From Catajapyx aquilonaris (Eukaryota), in the NCBI GenBank assembly GCA_000934665.2, contig JYFJ02002274.1, positions 1-60,024 on the forward strand: DNA of 60,024 nucleotides, written 5' to 3'. This document shows positions 14,901 to 29,668 of this stretch, piece by piece. Every line of letters starts with the position of its first letter. The first letter of the stretch is position 1. Below the pieces are notes generated by a model, which was not told the DNA's origin, ran no database searches, and worked only from the letters and a program-made list of their open reading frames with translations. Both the position numbers and the translations under genes were made by a program.

Positions 14901-17900
14901 CTACCAAATATTTTTGTGAATGTCAAGGTTAAACTATGTAATACATAAGACTCTATATGATATGGCCTGAATGGCGCCAACCTTTGACTACGAATTGCTT
15001 CATAAGCCAACCCCCGCAGTTTCCACTTGCTGTTGTTCTAGCTGATATAGGAAAGCCAATAACGAAGTCTCCAACAAGTGTCAGACTCAAATTCTGGCGT
15101 CTAGAGAGTAACAACAGATTACTAGAGGATTGTTATATGGATGGGGTTGATTGTCCTTTTGTGACACGTGGCTGTCATATACTGTAGTTTTGTTGTGTCA
15201 ACTCAGCTTCATATATTACTGACAACATCGTGTGGTTCCGGATCCTCAGAAAAATTACCCGCAGTTTTCCACAATTCCGGGTTTGAGACATTAATCCGGA
15301 ACTGATTGGGGACAATATGTAATTTTTTTGCATATAAGTTGACATCATGTATATGCTACAGTGCTCATTATAATTTTAAATATTCTTAGCATAACTTTAC
15401 CATATGTGTTTACTATTTAGAGAAACTTGCATAACCGATAATATTAGCAATAATATCATTCACACTTTTTTTTCCGCTTCTCAGAACCTGCAGACAATTT
15501 CAAGGTCATGGATGAATAATTCGCTCAAGGCAACTTTGGATGCACATGGACTTCTCCGTCTCCACCTCAGGAGCCTTTATGATGATAAAGGTGCGGACGA
15601 CTACACCTTCGGGATTTCACGTTGCATGCAAACTGTATGCAAAAAGCACCCAAACACATTGCATATAGGAAATTGAGCGTCATTTCATACAATATATATG
15701 CAAGATATGGAGTCCACATATAGGTAAAAAAAGGGTATTGACCCCCATCGTGTGACAATATGCGCAGTTGACCACGTAGTACCAAGAAATGATTTTTCTT
15801 TTTGCTTGATCAAGCATCTGAATGCAACACGCCCTGTACTCGCTATGATGAATTCGCGATAACTGCCACGCGTGATAAAATTATTATCACCTTGTTGGTC
15901 ACCTGAGAAGCTTTTAGCAGCTTAAATGCACGCGCAGTTCCTTTTCTTCAGTCTCAGAAGATTAATTACGCTAATAAAACCGACCCCACTAGGGATCCTC
16001 CAATAAACATTGTCTACTGGGTTAGCAGTAAGTACAAGATGCTACATAAAATATGTTCGGTATGTACTTTTCATCTAAACTGTAGTTCTTGTTGCACAGC
16101 TGGTTATAAGTTTGAGACCAGATGTGGCCGTTTGTAACATACGGCACAAGTAGTTATGTGCTTGCAAGAACATTAAGCTCATTTGATGGCAGCAGTAGCA
16201 AGGGCCGTCAAGGGTCGGCAAATGAAGTAATTATCTAATTCACAGCACAATTATGGTCCCAAATGAGCCAGTACAAGAGCATAATGTCATTGGATGTGGT
16301 TACAATGCGTACTAAGAAAAACCTTTCTCTTAATCTAACTTGGATAATTAAACCAAAATGTATAATTACAAGTGTGCGGTCACCCCCTGATGAATAATTA
16401 GTCTGCGAGTTGCTGAGGAAAATTCTTATTAAATTTGCACATTACGTGCTAACATCTGAAGAGTCGAGTGTCACTAATATTCGCCAGTTTTTACGTCACA
16501 GATTACAGTAAACCCCTGCCGGATATTAGCACCCAGACATTGAACGTAAGAAGAAAATTAAGTTATAAATTACATGTCATCTCTTTGGTTTGATGACATT
16601 TCGTAAAGTTAACTTAAGTAGAAAGTCGGGCTAATTTTCTGGCTGAATGAATGTCTCCGGGGATAAGCTTAACTAGCGCTAAATTATAGCGATTTGCAGG
16701 AATGTGGAATGCCTTAAGCTCAAATCCTTGGTTGTCAAGTTTACAAATAGGTGTAGTAATGATCATTAGAATTGCTTTCATTTGCCGACATTCTAAAATC
16801 GTTTTTCGATAAAAGCTATAAGGGCAATTCACGTTCTGATTGACTATTTGGTCAGTCAATATTGTTATGTAACTACCTCAGCAGAGGGCAGCATATGGCT
16901 AACAAGAACAGTGATCGCATAGACACTATTGCCGCCTTATCACATAGTGCATCACATAGGTTTATAGAGCTTTCCACCAAATCCCATCCGAGAGATTACC
17001 TCTGCCTGCTCATAAAATTCTTATCACGAACTCTATGCGGCAGGCAGTTTGGAAGGACGTCCATTCACTGGAAGTGAAAATCCCTAAAGATATCCAACCA
17101 TATATTACATCCCTTTGAGTCGCCTTTGAATGAACCGGATCGTTGGTAGTTGGCTTTGTGTAAATTTTTCACAGAATTAATAAGCTAAGGTGAAAGTAAG
17201 GGCAATGAACTATTACGATATATCTCATAAAGTAGGACTTACCTTCACTACATCAACATGTAGCCTCACATATCCATTTGGCACGTAATTTCCTCAACAC
17301 CTAGAACCTCCAGACACCCTCCTGGTTCGCCAACAGGAATCCAACTAGTAGCTTCAAGGAGGTCCAGGTTTCGGGGTCATCAACAGGTTGCGCCTGCTCG
17401 ACTACGTTGCTAGCCCACCACTTTCAAATGGAGACTCTCCTGACACTCAGCTGTACATTCTTGATTTTTTTTTTGCATCGTAGACATTTTTTTGGAGTTG
17501 CCCCTCCTGTGTCCGGGTTGGTGTAAGGCGCAGGCGCAGAGTTGGTTCTGGATTGTGATTGGTGGGAGTGATGACGCAGGGGGAGTGGGAGTGACGTCAG
17601 GAACATGTGGATGTTGGTGCTAACATGTGCATGGCCAGGCCCAAGGCGTAGTATGACAATGTGACAATGGTATCGTAGATAGAGGGGGATTCCACGAAAA
17701 TTGGTGTCGTAATGTTGCATTGGACATGGAGTGCTTTGGACATCTGAATGGGCCTGGTGTTGTTATATGGATTGGAGATGAGGATTTGCAAGACTTAGAA
17801 CGGATATGCACGTATATTGTAATGGTGATGTTGACGCTATATGCTTCAGAGTTCTCTTGAATGAAATAGCAATTGAGAGAGTCTATATTTATTTTGGTAG

Positions 17901-18721
17901 TCTTTCCTCTGGGATTGGAGAGTCAGGATCACTTTAGCACTAGTTCGTAAGTACCGATTATGAATATATGCATAGTTGCAGATTTTTCCTAATTTGCATT
18001 CATATAACCAGCACTCATTGGTAAACTAAAGTCAGCAGTTCATTTAAAGCCTCCCAGAGTGGGCATCTCTAGGGTCTCTTCACCTACAGTGAAAGCCTGG
18101 AAAGCAGAACAAACAGTGTCACTTTATTTTGACTTATTTAGAGATAGCCTGTGAGGTTCGTATAGCAATTATTTCTTATGTGGTTATTATTTTTTTACAA
18201 TTTTCATTAGGAGGCTGTACAGTTCCTTCCAGGATCTTTTTCCTCTAGGATCGCTACAAGTTTTAGTTGAAGTTGTTTCTAATAAATCTAAATGAAATAG
18301 TCAAATTCAGTTTTGTCCTACTTTTTCCGGAAATGTGGAAATAAATTCATGTGTGATATTCGAAATTTTGTACATGTTAAATTTTAAAGTAGCGACAGGA
18401 CACACCAGGAACTGTAAGGAATAATTTATGATAAATGTTTTCAGCGATGTTCTTGCAATATTGTTAACTGAAAGTGATAGTGAATAAAATTATATGGTTT
18501 TGCACCACTGCACTGGTTATACAAGATATTAATACGTATATGGACGGAAAGGTTGACATAAATAATAATGATAATCCAGTCAAACACGGAATGTTATACG
18601 AGCAGAAGACTATCAGTATTCGCTGCTCCGTTGTGAAAATGTTTATTTAAGTGACGTTTACTGATTTCTTAAGTATTTATTTATTTATTTATTTATGGAC
18701 AACGCTCGGATAGCGATAAAA

Positions 18722-19100
18722 TACAGGGTTCGGAAAACCTTACAGTCGCTTTGGGAAATGATAGAGGCGTTCTAGGCGATAACTTTGAGTATATGCAACA
18801 CCGGTCTCCGACGTATAGTTACCGAGACATATTAGCATTAAATAAAAAGTGCATTATCTCATCTTATAGGTTTCAGATACTGCTTAGGACACTTCCATCG
18901 CCTAGGACATTCTCTGCTACACATAACTATAACAGGATCATAAATTTAAATTAAATTACATGGTAACACCTTAAATTTAAATGAAAAAGGTAAGGTCGCG
19001 GGAAGGGACGCATACGTGCCAGGATATTTTATACCTTGTGCTTGAAGTACATTATCTCTGTAACTATGCATCGGAGACCCATGTTGCATGTACTCAAAGT
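18722..19100. mobile_element. Degenerate Tc1/mariner-like MITE remnant
   Basis: Begins TA-CAGGGT. Imperfect inverted repeat of about 48 bp, ACTTTGAGTATATGCAACA...GTCTCCGA..TAGTTAC (from 18782), versus 19051-19100. The right outer end was not found. Confidence 0.55.
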
Positions 19101-21489
19101 GATTGAACATATCTATGTGGCGCTATTTCATTGTATCACGTAACTGGCAGTCTCGAGTTAATTAAACAAGAGGAGGTGATAATAACGTGATGTAACACCT
19201 AACACGCTATGTTTATTGCCCGCAATATTTATCATGTTTTGTTACGTATGACATTAATTCCACATATTTCTACATGTAAACGTGCAATTATTGGCAATAG
19301 CAAAAAAGCTGTTCACATAATAATTATTATATGATTGTGTAGGTAATCATTTTATACAGTATATTAAGTGATTATTACTTGGGGGTAATTATAGATGAAT
19401 GTTAAAAAGTTTCTTTTATTGGAAAGATGTTCACTTATACTTGTTGGAAAAGAATAAGATATTCTGGATAAAAATAAATTATGCGTGCCACTCGATAGTA
19501 GAGTGCCGGGCGGCAAAGTCATGTGAGTCATATCACATATGCACATACTATTATCTGGTGATGGGGCGGGGTAATGTTATGCTTAAGCTGTTGTTGTTTG
19601 GGATATGCCAATATTGCCAAATTGTTTTTGTTATTATTTAGTACAATAGTTACAATGTTTATTATTTATACTACTGTACTCCATTGTTCATTTACATGAA
19701 TATGTATCATCTTTTCATGTATCACATTTGTAATGATTTTTTTGTTTCAATTGAGTTGTCTCTCAGACATCACTGATTTATACCTCTGTACTTTAATCTA
19801 TTTCCAAAATTCAGGTTACGCTCTGTTTCTTCTTTCGATCGATCAGTGAATGGGGACCTCTCCCGACACGACACATAACCTAGCAAACTGTACTGTACAG
19901 TACCGGTATGAGATTTTGTTTCAGACCTTTCACTGATCGACCGGACACTTTCAAAATAATCTCTTGTCTATATGGTCAAGATCTGCCGAACCTATTTTTG
20001 ATATAGTATATACTGTATTCCACCGCCGACTTCCGGATTGTATTTTGTCGTAGTACTGTACCATATTATGGAGCTTTTTCTTTCTGACATTTTAATTTGG
20101 GCATGGCATACAGTACCTTTCTTGCGTCACATTTAGAAGATCCCCGCGAGAACTTGACATGCAAATATGGGATTTGGTGACGTTAAAAAATGGTGGTGAG
20201 CGCTATTCCATGTTCTGGAAGCAGTGACGAGACAGGTATCCAGGTGAAAGACTGTAGAAACATTTCGCTTTTCTTATCTAGACATTCCAAAGCTGGGGAT
20301 TTGCCAAGCCTGACATGCCGTCAGTTCTCCCTGGTCTGGTAAGCAGAAGGCGGTATCTGCATAAAAGTACAGGATGGCACCCTGCCCTAGTGACAGATAT
20401 AGGTAGCCTATAGTGCTGGGAAAGGTTTATTTATTTATTTATTTATATCTATCTATCTATTTGACTATTTTCATTGACTATCTATTGAGAGTAAGGAGGC
20501 TGGCAGCTACTGATGACAATTGCCCGTAACTGGCAGTTTTCTGTAATAAATAGTCAGATACCAACCTCTGCCTCGAAAGGAGCTTACTGAAAATCGATGA
20601 GGATTTGTTCCGTAAAGCCAACTCTTCGTCGTGGAATACGTCCTGATAAGGTCAATCTGGGATCGGAGTTTACGACTGCGGGCAACTTCCACGATCGCAT
20701 TCATACTATAGCAATCGGACCGAATAGGCCAGATCTTATCGCGTCATTGACAAAAAAAAAGCTTAAGAAGTTCAAAGAGACAAAGCAGAAGCTAAAGGTC
20801 GAAACAATCGATACCATGTATCTTCCTCACAACAAAGGACATCTTTTTATTAATGGTTACAATTATAGCTATAGATGCCAACAAGACCCCCCGTTTTTTG
20901 TTGTTAGACTTGGAGTTGATGTTTACTGTAGATGAAAGAGGGTTTCTCCGAATTCGGAATTCCTCAATCAGGCGTAATGGTCGCTACACGTCGCGTCGCC
21001 TAATGGTATCCCCTTCATCGCAAAAAAAGGCGACCTTGCCGTGAAAGGTACTCTCATCTAATGAATGAACTTGAACATACAAGCCAGTGTTATCGATCTT
21101 GTACAGCACAGTGAGTTGCTAGGAATCATATCCCACTTGTTTACACCGCCAGCACCGCACTCAAAATTTCTAGTGAGCAACAGACATTTTAAAAAGCTAC
21201 AACCAATATTTTAAAAACCCCGCCTCATTGCCAACACTGCCATCTGCGGTATCTGCACCATCCCGCCATCTATTGCCCACGAAACGAACTATACAAAAAG
21301 GACCGTTCCATACAACGTCCTTTTTGCATCAAAACTGCGAAAAAGTTGCTTCACTCCAGTTATTTATTTATATTACTTACAGTACACACTGTGTACACTA
21401 CTGTTCATATTGTAACACCCTGTTTCGCATATTAGTACCTAGTGTGAGTGCGTACTTGTTCTGTACTATCCCAGTGTGTCCCTTCGGAA

Positions 21490-21756
21490 CGTGACGTGAA
21501 GTGAAGGTGACGTCACTCATGAGGTGCGCTTCCAAGAAGTGAAGCAAGTTGTTCGAAGTTGCTGCCGAGCAAGTGGACTCCCACAGTTTTGTTTGGTGTA
21601 CCCGGTACGTTGCACCGTACAGAGAGGATCATGTGGGCGGTACGAAAACTAGCGGTTGCAGGGAAGTGAATCCGCTTAAAAGTGCATCGGACATTGGGTA
21701 CGAAGAATAAGGCAGCTTTCTTGTGTAAGTGGACCGGACACTACAAAACTTAGGAG
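21490..21756 (+). promoter_or_regulatory. Putative domeless promoter and first non-coding exon
   Basis: Palindromic CRE GTGACGTCAC (21507-21516), STAT site TTCCAAGAA (21530-21538), CpG-retaining sequence, donor GAG|GTGAGA after 21756. Linkage to dome is inferred. Confidence 0.45.
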
Positions 21757-22330
21757 GTGAGAAATAAGAGGGCTAGGCCTAGTGCATGGTGTTGCAACAA
21801 GGGTCATCGGAGGGGTCAGGTTTGCTAAGAGTAGTTGGGTGCAACTTTTGTGCTTTTGTGTTTCCTAAGTGGTATACTGTGCAGCATTTGAAAATCACAA
21901 GCCGTAGCATGGTAGAAGATACGCTATTGATCCAAACAATGATGTTGACTTCATAGCATTACAGTTGGATAGTAATTAATTACCGGTACTTGAAAATAGG
22001 CAATTTCAGAGCGAAACCTATCAAGTGCGACTGAAGTGGTAGCATCAGAATGTGGAAATTTAAATGTAGGATTGTTGGATGAAAGTTTTGATTGAGTTGA
22101 CAGTAATTTGATAAGGAGCTACTCTCTCATAGGTTGATTACGGCACCATTGTGCTAAGAGCTTGTCATTATAATAATTGATATAATGTAATAAACATGTA
22201 TGCCAGAGATATTGTTATACACGTATAAATCACACCCTGATTCTGGCATTGTGGTACTGTATGAAACTTTTCCAATGTGATTCAAGCGAGTGATTGCACG
22301 CTATATTGGAGGTTTATGCTTGCTTTTTAA

Positions 22331-22592
22331 CCCTGGAACGGTGCCGTGGGGTCTTTTCGGACCCCAAAGGAATTAAAATGCATTAAAATTACAATTACAA
22401 TGAACTGCTTGGCATTTAAAAAAAGTATATAACTGGAAGTGCATTAGCGATCATTTTAGGCATAGTTCAAAGAATGATTGCATAGAGTCAATACATTGAA
22501 AAGTATTATATAAAAATTAAAATATGGTGTGGGGTCCTAAAAGACCCCACGACACGGTTAACGTAACTTTAAGGCACGGCACGGTTCCAGGG
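22331..22592. mobile_element. piggyBac-type MITE
   Basis: TTAA target duplication (22327-22330, 22593-22596), CCC...GGG ends, 18-bp TIR with one mismatch (CCCTGGAACGGTGCCGTG), and asymmetric subterminal repeat GTGGGGTCTTTT / AAAAGACCCCAC. Confidence 0.9.
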
Positions 22593-25500
22593 TTAAAACC
22601 TCTACCTAATAGTAAATTTCATGACCATTTTTATGCGGTGTAACTTTCAGCAAATGTTAAATGAAGTTTATTGTTGAATCCACACACAGATTTTTAAAAG
22701 ATAAAAGTGGCAGTGTTTTGCTGGTGTTATGTTATCTGATGGCTGACATTTCGCAGTTTTCAGAATGATATTATCACATGTAACAACTTTTATCATGCCA
22801 GATATTACCGGAAAGGTACAGATACAATTTTGTACTGAGAATTACCCGTGTTTCGTAATTGCTCTATTCTGTCGCCTGCAGACACACATGTACAGTCTTA
22901 GAACAATTTCCTATTTTCAACATCAAAGTAACCAGAATGTCGGTGTCATCAAAGTTGAAACACACTGCAAAGGCACAAAATTGAGATCTTGCCAGTGTTG
23001 GAAGTAACTTAGTTAATAGTTTTCCTATAGAAGTCCAATCGGAATGCGTACAATTTCCTCTATAACGGGCTTTCCACTCTGTCCTTCTGCGAAATTTCGA
23101 TTGAAGCTATATTTCTGACCCTGCAAGGTCGCCCGCTTTCTAAAGGGCTTGGGGATTTCCCCACGGCCAATAACACCTTTTAGACTGCGGCAACACTGCA
23201 GAATTGGCAACTTTATCTCTTGGCTGGTGCCATCGCATCGTAAGAACCGAGAGAGCTCTGTGATAACGGGTAGCCACAACTTCTCGGAAGCTGAATTTCG
23301 CAACTGGATATCTGGATAGAATTTAAATCGCAAATGTATTAATTAGCAGAGCACCAAATTGGCACATGTGTTTGTTTAGTGTGGGTCAACTTCATTAGTA
23401 CGAGCCTGCGGTCGATTTTGAGGTTTTTATTTAATTATCGACAGTTCGCTGTATTATGCGGAGATCATATATGCTCAAGTTTTTCGTGTACTGTACATAG
23501 TCTCAACTTTACAGTATAATGAACGGTAATGAAGCATGTCAGTGAATTGCAAACTTTTCACTCTGCACATGTTCAAAATTCCTTGCAAAAACATGCTTTA
23601 CCCCCAAAATTTATTATGCGGCATAAATATTTAAATGCTGCAAATTCTGCCGCAGGTAAAATTACACATATAACAAGTTTCCGCAGTTAAACCGTACTAA
23701 TATAAGCCAGACACGTAATTGATGGTGTCTGGCTTTTGTTGCTATACGTAATCAAGGCTCGTTACTATACACATTCATAAGAGAAACACATCGATTTTTC
23801 TAGTGTGTTATGTAATGTGTAACAGATATTACGCCTACATTATGGATGACGTTTGTGAACTTATCGATACGTTGCCTGCAGTACCCAAAAATTGATGTCA
23901 GTTTTATGTACCGTAAAGTAGGTAGCGGTATGGGGCTCTAAAGGTAAAGTACAAATGTCGGATATTCTAGTATTTTTTTATGTTTGCATTGATGAAGGTG
24001 TATAGGAAATGTCGGCGGATGCTATGCGTCGTGCATTGTTGTTGGGTTGATGGGCAGTTCACGTGACTGGCCCCATTTTGACCAGCATTTTGTAGAATCC
24101 GGTGACCGCACCCCGTGTGCCGACCCTCCTCTTTTAAATGTACGGATTATGTTTATTTATGGATACGTTTTTCCCTTTGAAGTACTAACAAAACGCTATT
24201 TCCGCCCCCGGTTTTTTGGGGACATGGGCGGGAAAAAGTCGGGGATTTCCGCTTATCATCCTTCTCTGCCAGTATATTGTACTATACACTGATTTTGAAA
24301 TTGCAAAAATAATGTCATTACGGTCCACCAGGCGTACACCTGTTTGTAGACCCATAAGCGAATTACCACCTTGACTCAGATGGGATTATGTCGGATTAGA
24401 GGCTTGGAAATCCGAGTTGACATGATAAAAGCGAAAGTTGTCAAGCATATTTTATTACTAGATTGTTAGTGGTAAAATACCATCTGGTTTGTGGATAATA
24501 ACAACGCAATTGTGATGCGACGCATATAAATCGCACGTGTTGATATCGATCTCTGTACTGTACAGATTGTTGTGTTTTTGGCCTCAGGTACACTGTACTC
24601 AATGGAGAAAAAAAAATTGCGGTCCACCAGAGGAACTACGTTAGTAAAAATATTGAATGGTCCGGACATTTCAAGCTTGAATAGGATATTGCGGTTGGTT
24701 TCTATCTGCATGCGGCTAGAGATAGCCAATGAGAAAAAATTTGGTCGAGTATTATTGCACTGATGCAGTATTATTACATGAATGGTGCAGTGAGAAAAAG
24801 CGTCTTATTGGGCTGGCCAAAAAAAGAAGTGGTTTGAGTGAAGGGTGGCGTAGGGGCTGATTGGCTGTGGACCAAAATAAGAAACGTAATGAGTCCATCT
24901 CAAGTTCAACTCCCAAGTTTGTGATGATTGCCTCCCGAGAATTCCGGACGTGCGCGGCATCTTATGAGCCTTTATTAGCCTGTACTCTAGGCTGAGTTAC
25001 AAGAATCCGTACTCTTGTCTAGTACGTGTTTGGCAGTCTGAACATATACTTGACCTTATATGGTTGCGAACAAACCCTATACTAATGGCGTGCATGCAGT
25101 TTATTGCAGCCTTTATTTTGTACAGTAGCATGCGACCGAATTACTGGTTTTAACTGAAATTATTCACTAATAAATTTTTTTATACAGCCAGTTAATTTGA
25201 AATAATAACATTGAATTTTTTATTAGGATGTGCATCCCTATGTGTGACTCACCTTGTATATAAATTTTTTCATTGCGGTATGAGAACCCCCCCACACATA
25301 CACACAAGTTACGGAGATCATTCTCGGAATAATTCCACGTGGGTTTGCGCAACTTCCGCAGCTCGACATGCCTTGAGGGGGGCATCTGAGGTTGCTCTGC
25401 AAGAAACCACTTTTTGGGCGAGGCAATGAGTGGAGGCGGTGACTGCAGCTTTAATGACTCCCCCTGTATCCAGCAACTGGCATGCCTCAGAATATGATGG

Positions 25501-28500
25501 ACTGAATAAATGATGTGGGGCAGCCCCACGGTGGTCAGAGCCAGAGAGATAATCAAGCAGAGTGGGCGAGATATAGTGACCTTTCATTTGCCTAATTTTA
25601 AAGCGGAGAGTTTTGCCAAGGATGTTCATGTACACTTCATATAGCTTAGGGGTTACTTACATTTGGCACACTTGGTAATTAGCCAGTGAGTAGATTGAAA
25701 GAGCAAGTAGAGTGGGTATTGCACAACTTATGTAATTTCTTTGAAGCACTGTATAGTGTCCATATCGACTATTGGTATAGTGTGTTGTTGATACAGTGAA
25801 TTTGAGTTTCATTCCTTTGCAGTGCTTCGAACTGTCATCAAGTCAGCGTAGGTTTCGCAGGAAGAAAAATTCTAAAATATATACAAGCATGGCGGACCGA
25901 ATAACTATTTTTGTGAAGCTGACTCAAGCAGGATTTAGTAAGACCGGCTGCAGCATATTCGAGCCATGAACTGGAACATGCATGAACTTTGACCTGGAGT
26001 GTGAGGGAACTCATGCCTTCCGGTGTCGGATTTATAACGGACGCCGCTTGCGCTTGACTTGCATTTTAATGCGGTTTTGCAGACATGCCGGATTTCTTAT
26101 CAGTGACTATAGGATAATGCATTATTTGCACAGATGAAATGTTAGGTTATGTAAGATGGTTGCCTGTTGATATCCGCTGTCATTTTGTGCGCTCTAACAG
26201 CTACAGTAAGGCATGTATTTAAAGTTTAAATGCTACAGAATCAGAACTTAAGTGACGACGTGGGCGTCCATTAAATTTGCATATGTCCATCTCGCCTGCT
26301 GCATGCGTAATAAATTTCCTGGCGGATTTTGTGTCGGGCTAGACTTTTGAATTATTATTTGCTGGATTAATTTACCTGTTTGTGTAGAGAACTGTACGAT
26401 ATAAACATGTTATTTATGTATGTGTTGTTAGTGCGATGTGGCCTTTTTGCGCACCGAAGCGTCACACGTCCCTTATCACACTGTCAGTTCGGTTATGCGT
26501 CAATGAATTATACGGATCAAAGTACTATTGCGACGTAATGAATGAAATTGTGCAAAAATTGCATTGGTTCACAAGAGGTTATCCAACCTGCTTAAAAAAA
26601 AAAAAAACTCCATTCCTTCATCGAAAAAGCTGCGGGGAAAATCCTGAGTATCTTGCAAAGATGCGATAACCTCACGGGCTTACCCTTTCATCTTGCCTTC
26701 AAGTTGATGTATCCAAAGACCGGTTTGCAGGCTAGCAACTCTGGCCATACCCATGAAAATTCAAGTGGCGACATTGCATCCAGATGTAGTCGAGACGACT
26801 AGAGACCGGGACTTCTTATGCAGGTTTTGCGAGATTAGATCATGATGAATGTGCAATGTGCTTAGATCTGCGATTTCCTAGAAGGTCCTTTGTTGTCGGG
26901 GAAGAAGTGTATAGACATGGTGCTACCGACGCAATTCGCAATTGATTGGACCGATTCTGGAGTGTCTTCCTTGGCAAGCACCCAACTTCTTTTCATTTGG
27001 AGAGGAAGAAAAAAGTTTCAGGATAGGCGTGGGTTGCACACACCCACGCTTACAATATGCCAGACGTCACAAGTGTTGTCCATTGTTGGAAGGTTAACAC
27101 CTGTGTGTACCAATTAAGTGGATAATAGGGAAGGTGGTGGGTATGACGTCAAGAGTGTTGGGTAAAAGCCAGAGTATGTGTATTGTGACCTGGGGGAGCC
27201 ATGGCTAAAGATAGGACACGGAAGTGAGGCCTATTTACCATGGTTTTGCAGGCTTAGTGCACTTTCATGGTGGGAATACGCTGGGGGGCGAAATTGTCTC
27301 GGGGGCTAAAAGTCCGGGGCGAAACGGCGGGGGCGAAAAGTCCGAGACCCTTCATGATACAGGGCGAGATATTCCCTTTTTTTCAGGATACCATATTGGA
27401 GCGTGGGTATCACCATATCAACGGATGATTGGGAGATGGCATGTCAGATGATCTGAAATTTCTCGGAAATTGTCTGAAGTGGGGTATAGGTCTAGAAACA
27501 ATTCGTGTGGAATGCAACGGAATATTCCGCGACCTTTCCCGATGTTGGCATGCTCACGAAATGCACTCGGCTAACACGATTTGAAGTTAAGTGGCGATAA
27601 TTGCCGGAGAATGGCAATTTGTCGTAGCAAAAGACTAGGTGCGGATTTGCAATTGAGACACATCGACGACGTGACGCCAACAGGCCGTTGACGTTGGGGG
27701 TTGAACATGTATTGCAATGAGAGGTCGTAAAGTGCTGTCTGACGACAAAGTGGCGAATCGTCAATCGGTATATAGCAAAGGTCAGACATACTGCGTATTG
27801 AGGACCTTTTACCACAAGGTGTCAGGTTGGTTAAATTGTTCTAATATTGCACACAATGCAGATATTCCTGGAATATGATGTAGCGAACTTGTTGTACTCT
27901 ACAGTCTACAATAGAAAAAAAAATTAACAGGTGACAGGTGTGCTTCTGGCAGGTGGTAACGCAGTTAAGAGTCACAACAGTTCTGATTACCAGTAGCTCA
28001 GGTGCAAAGTCGGTAACGAGGTATATCCGTGATTAATGACACTGTTTGGTGTAAATATTTATTTGTTATGGAATGTCATCGGACTGCTATTCGTAGAAAA
28101 AACCCCTTTCATTATTAGACTGTGGTCGGACCAAATCAGTGCAGTGTTACGAGTGCGGTTTACACACGGTCCGGTCGGCACGGTTTCCCAGAAACGCGTT
28201 CCGTGACTGTCATTGTGGAGAAGCAGTGCCGAACGCGTGCTGTCCGTTGTGCGAACCCACGTTTTGCCTTGACTCCTCTACCACCAGCCAAACTTGGCGT
28301 GACATCCCCTATTCCCCCCCTACCTAAAACACCCCCTCTGTACTCCCAACCCAAGCACAAAGAACCGGCATGCATGCCTCCCATGCCCGGTTAGGTACAC
28401 GAAAAGGGTCGTTCTGCATCGATTATCTACGAAACACTAGCCCCTAGTCACGAGCACCTTAACGCGAAGAAACGGGGAGAATCCCTTTAATTAATACGAA

Positions 28501-29626
28501 ATAAGGTATGAGATAAGAAATTGTTCAGTTGATATCGGATTACCAGTATATTAATTGTGAAATATATGCAAAATGTTAATATATGTGCTACTTATAGGTA
28601 CCTCAGTATATGACTGATTTTTGGTCAGTACAATCAAGGTTGGGTTGTTCGAGTGCAATTGAAAAGGTTATGAGACGCATTAAAATTGCATTCTTAGAAT
28701 GACGTCAAGAGTTCGATTTATGCCCACTATAATGCAGCTCGTGTCCATATACGAAATATCCATACATGGTATACTACAGTCCATGCTATAGGTTAAGTCG
28801 GCGAATAGGCCCAAGAAAGTGCTTCATAATACAAGAATAGAAACATTATTAAAGTTAACCGCGTGGGACTTGACATTTGACGTCATTGTTTCCATGGCAA
28901 ATAGATAATGCGCTAGGTTGGTCCGAGCGGAGCGAAATTTGTAGACGGATGATGATTAACGTCCTTGTTTGTTGGACATAGGGATGCAGTTGGGTTGGGC
29001 TCAGGTCAAGCGTGGGCTGCCAGATCTTCAGCTATAATACAGTTTTATCTGTCCCTATAGTATACTGAAACTCAAACTATATCCTATCATTAATGTTATG
29101 CAGCTTGAACTCGATTGGTGCAGTTGTTGTATGGCTTGCGTACAATTCCAGCTGCCTTTTCAGAATGTGCTATAATTAACACTAATTAACGTCACTTGTG
29201 CCACACTCTGGAGAGATGATAAGAGACGGGCTCTTACCATACATAACATACGTCTAGCGACCATTATTTGAGGATATCCGGTATAATCCTCGTCTCAGGC
29301 TGGCCATATGTCCCAGTCATTAAACTGCAGGGCATGCCAGAAGATGAGAAATGGTGAAAATCTTGCATGTTTATAGGGTGGATAATGAGAGGATGGGAAT
29401 CATAATATGCGAGGTTTGTCAACTTGGCTCAGGTGAAAAATAGAAATAATGGGATGATTCCAAGGTTGATGTACGTACTGCGTGCATTTTTTTAATGGGC
29501 TGTGCGAATTGACATTTGAAACTTTGGTCCTGTAATTAGAGTAAATAATCGGCTTGTGGGTGCAGTACCCAATGGGCTGCATTATTGGAATGATGTAATA
29601 ATATGATTTTTCTTCTTTGATTTCAG

Positions 29627-29668
29627 ATCGTTCCTGTTAAATTATTGCCTCTGGAAGCTCGACTCATA
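29627..29668 (+). other. Putative 42-nt 5'UTR exon of domeless
   Basis: Strong acceptor TTTTTCTTCTTTGATTTCAG| and donor |GTAAGT; contains no ATG. Confidence 0.5.

Noticed and set aside
17237..18150. Possible retroelement or pseudogene remnant with several short minus-strand ORFs
   Set aside because: No RT, endonuclease or other motif recognised and frames are interrupted; at most a non-coding exon (donor at 17242-17237).
27283..27350. Repeated GGGGCGAAA(AGTCC) units as a CRISPR-like or regulatory array
   Set aside because: No unique spacers and a eukaryotic context; most likely subterminal repeats of a decayed DNA transposon.
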